DNA of 64,000 nt from an uncultured virus (IMG/VR IMGVR_UViG_3300030294_000020) (Duplodnaviria > Heunggongvirae > Uroviricota > Caudoviricetes), in IMG/VR virus record IMGVR_UViG_3300030294_000020. One strand, given 5' to 3'. Of this stretch, positions 59,387-64,000 are shown one piece after another. Under the pieces are notes generated by a model. The model was given only the letters and a program-made list of their open reading frames with translations. It did not search any database and was not told the DNA's origin. Each line of letters starts with the position of its first letter. The first letter of the stretch is position 1. Both the position numbers and the translations under genes were made by a program.

Positions 59387-59883
59387 TATAATACCTCCTT
59401 CATAAATATTTGTGCTTGTTCTTTTAAATTATTTAAATCTCCATCGTTATTAATAGTATAGTCGTACTTATAATTCTCAACATTTGCATCAGCCATATTG
59501 GACATAATTTTAGGTTTGTTTATATTTTTTATAAGTAAAGTAGAACACTCAAAAGCCCTTTTAACCTTATCAATCTCAAGTGGTTCTCGAATATGTATAA
59601 ACATTACTCGTAATGGTGCTTGGCCTTTCCTAAATTCAATTATAGACTCTTTAATATATTCGTACGGATTATTATTATAACCTGTAGATAATATCTTTAA
59701 GTTAGATAAAAATAGTCTATCTTCTTCCTCTTTTGTCCATCTCCATCCCAATATATTAGCAGCTTCTTTTATTTTATCAACGGATGATACATTAGTAACA
59801 GATACAAACTCACGACAAAAATCTATAAAACAATCTTTTCCAACACTTCCTGAACCGTTTATTATGATTACATTAGATACCAT
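59386..59883 (-). CDS. P-loop nucleotide (dNMP) kinase-like protein
   Basis: IINGSGSVGKD..HIRE..YDYTINNDG. Confidence 0.65.
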   Translation of the reverse strand: MVSNVIIINGSGSVGKDCFIDFCREFVSVTNVSSVDKIKEAANILGWRWTKEEEDRLFLSNLKILSTGYNNNPYEYIKESIIEFRKGQAPLRVMFIHIREPLEIDKVKRAFECSTLLIKNINKPKIMSNMADANVENYKYDYTINNDGDLNNLKEQAQIFMKEVL

Positions 59884-60051
59884 TAATATCGCCCCCCTAA
59901 TTTTATATTATCCTAATATTGTTAATACTATCAAGCAAATTGGCATTACTATGAATACTGATATAAAAACTCTCCACATAAACCGTAAGCCCTTATATGC
60001 ATCTGTCTCACTCCACTTTTGAATGTCCTCCTCAAACATTAGTTCACCATC

Positions 60052-60342
60052 CTATTTATTTAATACTACCATGTCTAATATCTTAATTTTATATTTTTTT
60101 AATACATTCATTATTCTACCTCGTGTATACATCTGGCCGTTGTGTATCTCTTCGTTAACTATGCCTATCTTAAGCGAACATTCATTACAAATACTCATGC
60201 TTAAACCATTACATTCACCTGCTCCACCTTTTTGACATGGAACATCTATCCTTATGCTAATTCTTGTTGCACCATCATACTCATCTTCTGTCATTTCAGT
60301 ATTACAATAATCGCATGTACATTTTGTTACTGTATCTTTCAT
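60052..60342 (-). CDS. Zinc-binding hypothetical protein
   Basis: CDYC..CNEC; start reset to RBS-preceded ATG. Confidence 0.6.
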   Translation of the reverse strand: MKDTVTKCTCDYCNTEMTEDEYDGATRISIRIDVPCQKGGAGECNGLSMSICNECSLKIGIVNEEIHNGQMYTRGRIMNVLKKYKIKILDMVVLNK

Positions 60343-60402
60343 ACTAATCCTCCTACCATTTTGAATTATTTTAGACAAAAGAAAAAGCCTAAGCTTCTTC
60401 CG

Positions 60403-60645
60403 TTATTTCATCTTATCCGGATTTGTTTCTGCGTACTCATTATAACGTTCTCTTAAATTAAGATCTTCAAATTCTCCATCAAACCAATTTATTGTTTCGT
60501 GAAATCCAATTCTACCTCCTGCTATAAAAGCTTGTTTTTGTATAGCTCTTATTACAAAGTATGATATGACTAAACCTCCACTAATAATAATTGTTTTGTG
60601 TTTCTTTATAAATCCATTTACTTTTCCTGTTACTTTATTTTCCAT
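60403..60645 (-). CDS. Single-TM cassette protein
   Basis: Cassette-flanked; GGAG RBS. Confidence 0.7.
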   Translation of the reverse strand: MENKVTGKVNGFIKKHKTIIISGGLVISYFVIRAIQKQAFIAGGRIGFHETINWFDGEFEDLNLRERYNEYAETNPDKMK

Positions 60646-60708
60646 AATAACATCTCCTTCTTTCATTATAGAGTGTGTTTTATATGTGAATAAGACAAAA
60701 GAAAAAGC

Positions 60709-60912
60709 CTAAGCTTCTTCCGTTGAAGTTTCAATTTTTGATTCATTATCTATCAAATTGTCGTCATGTATATTTATATGTAAATGGTGATGACTCATTG
60801 AATAATCAATACCCATATATGCTCCAGCAAATGCTGTTGCTCCTATAAGTACTACTACACCAATTGTCTTCACTGGTTTACTTTGTATAAACTTCTTTAA
60901 TTTCTCTTTCAT
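60709..60912 (-). CDS. Single-TM cassette protein with His-rich patch (paralog of 45405-45611)
   Basis: SHHHLHINIH; both end ETSTEEA. Confidence 0.7.
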   Translation of the reverse strand: MKEKLKKFIQSKPVKTIGVVVLIGATAFAGAYMGIDYSMSHHHLHINIHDDNLIDNESKIETSTEEA

Positions 60913-61162
60913 TAATAATTCCTCCTAAAATTTATTCTTCTATTATAGAGTATGTTCTTAACGCGACAAAAGAAAAAGCCTAAGCTTAATCTTTCTTAGA
61001 AGTATCTTCTATAAATCTTTTAAAATTTCTAGTTTCTAATGGATCTGGAATATAACTTTTTGTTAAACCCTTATCCTTTTTAGTATTCACTTTAATATTT
61101 TTCTTATTCATTTTAATACCTTCTTTCATTATACAGTATGTTTTTTACGCGAAAGAAAAAGC

Positions 61163-61333
61163 CTAAGCTTCATCTTTTATAAATTGTATTAATTCAAGTT
61201 TTATTGATGCATGGTGTAAATGCTTTTGTGCTTCTTCAAATTGTCTATTTAATAATGATTCTTTAAACTTCGTTGTCTCAACGATTGACTCATCAATTAA
61301 TTTTTCAATTTCTAGCATAGTATTTTTATCCAT
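61163..61333 (-). CDS. Helical cassette protein
   Basis: Ends KDEA. Confidence 0.65.
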   Translation of the reverse strand: MDKNTMLEIEKLIDESIVETTKFKESLLNRQFEEAQKHLHHASIKLELIQFIKDEA

Positions 61334-61403
61334 ACTAACATCCTCCTTGACATAATATTCTTTCATTATAGAAGATGTTCTTAGTACGAGACAAAAGGAA
61401 AGC

Positions 61404-61604
61404 CTAAGCTTCCTCTTTTAATTGATTCTTTAAGTCTTTATTTTCTGACTTTAATCTGTCATTATCTTTAATCACTATACCGACCATGTTGTCCCAAATT
61501 CTTTGTTGTCTATTATTGAAATTTTCTTTCGCTAATAAACCCATCATCATTCCGAATAACATTAATCCAGTACCAGTTATTACAACTTTAACATCATCAT
61601 TCAT
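61404..61604 (-). CDS. Single-TM cassette protein
   Basis: Ends KEEA. Confidence 0.7.
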   Translation of the reverse strand: MNDDVKVVITGTGLMLFGMMMGLLAKENFNNRQQRIWDNMVGIVIKDNDRLKSENKDLKNQLKEEA

Positions 61605-61684
61605 TGTTAATACCTCCTTAAATTATCTTTCACTATAGGGGATGTTATATACGCGTAACAGAGACAAAAGGAAAGCCTAAGCTT

Positions 61685-61906
61685 TCAATCTTTACTATAG
61701 TTCTTATTTGGTATATAAGATCTATCTTTCAAGACTTCTACTCTATCTTTCCTATTCTTATCCATTCCAACGAAGACATCTGTTACAACTTTATTAGCAA
61801 TACCTGTTAACGCTCCATCTGTAATGTAAACAACACCTCTTATAACTTTTGGTGCTACTTTCACTACTACATAGATTGTTAATATGTTTTTTAATAATTT
61901 ATTCAT
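61685..61906 (-). CDS. Cassette protein
   Basis: Cassette-flanked; GGAGG RBS. Confidence 0.65.
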   Translation of the reverse strand: MNKLLKNILTIYVVVKVAPKVIRGVVYITDGALTGIANKVVTDVFVGMDKNRKDRVEVLKDRSYIPNKNYSKD

Positions 61907-62446
61907 ACTAATCTCCTCCTTTAAATTTCTTCTATTATAAGGGATGTTTTATACGCGTATGACAAAGAAAAAGCCTAAGCTTCTTCCTACAATTGATTAA
62001 TTTAACTTATTGCATACTCCACTAATGATCTAACATAATTATCGGTACTAATATTTCCAAGTTCATGCAATTTGTTCAAACATGCTATTGCATTATTTGT
62101 CTCTTCTTCTGTAATTGGATTTTCTTTTTTACCGTTAATCCATATTTCATAGTGTTCATTGTCATTCATTATAATTAACCCTCTTTCATTATAGGAGGTG
62201 TTTTTAGTGCGTACTTAGAATCTTAGAAGACAAAGAAAAAGCCTAAGCTAATTCCTCTGATTGTGATGCCTTTATCAAATAATCTTGTTCTTCGTTAAAG
62301 CATGATAATGAACAATGATTCAGTTCTGTATTTTCTGATTCAAATTCTTTACCACACCAAGTACAAATATTTTTATATTTCATAATAATCTCCTTCTTTC
62401 ATTATAGGGAGTGTTTTAAATACGAGACAAAGAAAAAGCCTAAGCT

Positions 62447-62692
62447 TTAACTTTTTAAGTCTTCAATTGTTAATTTAAATCCTGAATCATTAAGTATTTT
62501 ACATAATAATTGTGTATAGTTTTCTTTAGTAACCTCTCCTATTGCATATAGTTCTTTTAAACATTCTACTGAATTTGCATTTCTTGCAATTACATTAGCA
62601 TTATTTAAATGTCTATCTATCTCAATAAGTGACCTTGCTCCTTTAATCCATAACTCATCATGTAAACCATTAGTTAATTTTTCATCGTACAT
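62447..62692 (-). CDS. Cassette protein
   Basis: Cassette-flanked; GGAG RBS. Confidence 0.7.
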   Translation of the reverse strand: MYDEKLTNGLHDELWIKGARSLIEIDRHLNNANVIARNANSVECLKELYAIGEVTKENYTQLLCKILNDSGFKLTIEDLKS

Positions 62693-62757
62693 AATAATCT
62701 CCTTCTTTCATTATAGGAGATGTTTTCTACGCGATTAAGACAAAGAAAAAGCCTAAG

Positions 62758-62898
62758 CTAATTCCATAAAGTTCCATTTATTTTTTGCATCATTAATTCT
62801 GATTGTTGTTCCTTTGTAAGTTTATTCCATAATCTATCACGATTTCTTGCGTGTAGTATTTTTCTATAACTTTTCATTGTATTTATCAATTTTCTCAT
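62758..62898 (-). CDS. Small cassette protein
   Basis: GGAG RBS before MRKLINT. Confidence 0.6.
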   Translation of the reverse strand: MRKLINTMKSYRKILHARNRDRLWNKLTKEQQSELMMQKINGTLWN

Positions 62899-62998
62899 AA
62901 TAATCACTCCTAATAATTTTATTTCATTAAAGAGTGTGTTTTCTACGCGTACTACCATTTTGAATCGTTTAGGACAAAAAGAAAGCCTAAGCTCTCTT

Positions 62999-63256
62999 CT
63001 ATAGTAATGTTCTAAATCCTTCGTAATTCATCTCTTCAAATTTATGCTTTTCTTTAAAGTAATCAAACCTCTCACCCGTTCCTTTACAACATAAGACATA
63101 TATCGGTTGTATCTTAAATCCATCTGAACTTTTGATTATATCTGACTCTCTCAAATCATATATCTCAAAGCCTTCTTTCTTAAGTAAATCTTTAATACTT
63201 ACTGCTGCTTCTTCTGTATGGTTAGTTATAACCCTAAATTTCATTTTTTCAAACAT
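62999..63256 (-). CDS. Cassette protein
   Basis: Cassette-flanked; GGAG RBS. Confidence 0.7.
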   Translation of the reverse strand: MFEKMKFRVITNHTEEAAVSIKDLLKKEGFEIYDLRESDIIKSSDGFKIQPIYVLCCKGTGERFDYFKEKHKFEEMNYEGFRTLL

Positions 63257-63343
63257 ATTAATTCCTCCTATAATAAAACATTATTTTCATTATAGTATGT
63301 GTTTTTAATGCGTACTTAGAATTTTATAAGACAAAGAAAAAGC

Positions 63344-63601
63344 CTAAGCTTCTTCCTCTTTAATAATTTCAGATTTCTTATTGTTCTTTAAAAATGCCTT
63401 TGCAGACGTTTCTAACTCTAGTTTTCCACTACGAGCAATCTCGACAATGATATCAATTTCATTTTCATCTAAGTCTAATGATTTTAACCATTCGTTAAAT
63501 TCACTATACCCAAACCTCCAATTAATTTTACCATTCATTCTTACCCAACTCATAATATATCTAGATGCATGTGTACCTCTAATAATTACATTTTCAAACA
63601 T
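63344..63601 (-). CDS. Cassette protein (IRGTHASRYIMSW..GKLELE)
   Basis: Ends IIKEEEA; GGAGG RBS. Confidence 0.75.
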   Translation of the reverse strand: MFENVIIRGTHASRYIMSWVRMNGKINWRFGYSEFNEWLKSLDLDENEIDIIVEIARSGKLELETSAKAFLKNNKKSEIIKEEEA

Positions 63602-63682
63602 AATAATACCTCCTAATTTTTTATTTCATTATAAGGTATGTTTTATACGCGTACTTAGAAGCTTATAAGACAAAGAAAAAGC

Positions 63683-64000
63683 CTAAGCCCTTTCTATAAT
63701 TGTAAATCCTTCATCTAAGGCATCTTGTTTTGAATAACCGTCTGCTAAAGCATCTGAATAGATAGCACAATACGTATCATCCGCAAATACTGGTAATCCA
63801 TTGTTGTACATTAAATTCTCGTTATTACATTTTTGCTTCCACTCCTTAGCCCATTCTGGTAGAACTTCAATGTTTGTTACATCATGAATTTCTACTTTTT
63901 CTGGCTTTAAAATGCTAGCAATAATTATACCTCCGACAATCAAACCACCTGCAATAATTTCCAATCTACGTTTTACGTAAAATTCTTTTATTTTCTGCTT
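63683..64000 (-). CDS. Single-TM cassette protein, 5' end beyond window
   Basis: Frame open to the window edge; ends ERA in terminator repeat. Confidence 0.65.
   Translation of the reverse strand, partial: KQKIKEFYVKRRLEIIAGGLIVGGIIIASILKPEKVEIHDVTNIEVLPEWAKEWKQKCNNENLMYNNGLPVFADDTYCAIYSDALADGYSKQDALDEGFTIIERA

Larger units (their letters stand above)
52081..63690 (-). repeat. Dense array of promoter-RBS-gene-terminator cassettes
   Basis: About 37 promoter copies (+ strand ttcattatagNNNNtgttttttacgcg) alternating with about 33 terminator copies (+ strand gacaaagaaaaagcctaagctt), counted by eye. Confidence 0.93.

Noticed and set aside
45356..61366. ORF-track starts at the ATG in TATAATGAAAG (MKE/MKN starts at 45356, 52085, 56312, 56647, 60666, 61366)
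   Set aside because: ATG overlaps the -10 box, upstream of the expected TSS; RBS-preceded starts exist downstream
54282..62958. ORFs running through promoter/terminator repeats (54282-54464, N-terminal parts of 55535-55837, 60052-60378, 62758-62958)
   Set aside because: They cross cassette boundaries; better RBS-led ORFs lie inside the cassettes
331..63668. All + strand ORFs in the track
   Set aside because: Antisense shadows of minus-strand genes with no recognisable motifs
52081..63690. CRISPR array interpretation of the regular repeats
   Set aside because: Intervals are 150-400 nt, variable and contain RBS-led ORFs; repeats are bipartite promoter/terminator elements; no cas operon (the Cas4-like nuclease is a normal phage gene)
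52081..63690. Classical integron attC array
   Set aside because: No RYYYAAC/GTTRRRY-bounded long palindromes and no tyrosine recombinase in the window; cassettes have their own promoters

Overview
A 64 kb slice of a low-GC (roughly 28-30% by eye) tailed siphophage, probably of a Clostridia/Bacillota host. Essentially all real genes lie on the minus strand. 1-9.9 kb is the virion morphogenesis module: tail tube, head-tail joining proteins, protease-capsid fusion, portal, terminase large subunit (TerL), HNH nuclease and terminase small subunit (TerS). ~9.9-10.3 kb is a non-coding region with a long hairpin and a likely genome end. 10.5-22.3 kb holds a single-subunit DFDGD RNA polymerase, nucleases, a lytic transglycosylase, ThyX, a helicase, SSB and a helicase-primase-PolB fusion, followed by a candidate origin. 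22.6-64 kb is a large accessory region. Its most striking feature is an array of about 45 self-contained expression cassettes, dense from 52 kb to the window edge. Each reads: conserved promoter (CGCGTAAAAAACA-N5-TATAATGAA), RBS, one small gene, then a conserved terminator (GAAGCTTAGGCTTTTTCTTTTGTC) that often supplies the stop codon. At least six cassettes carry a structured non-coding RNA instead of an ORF, including a tRNA mimic whose anticodon loop is replaced by a GAAA tetraloop. Other candidates: a hairpin RNA displaying the complement of the phage's own RBS motif, a 50-aa peptide carrying the RNAP catalytic motif, a CCC-TAA +1 frameshift and a possible stop readthrough after the polymerase. 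All calls are by-eye motif recognition; no searches or folding programs were run.
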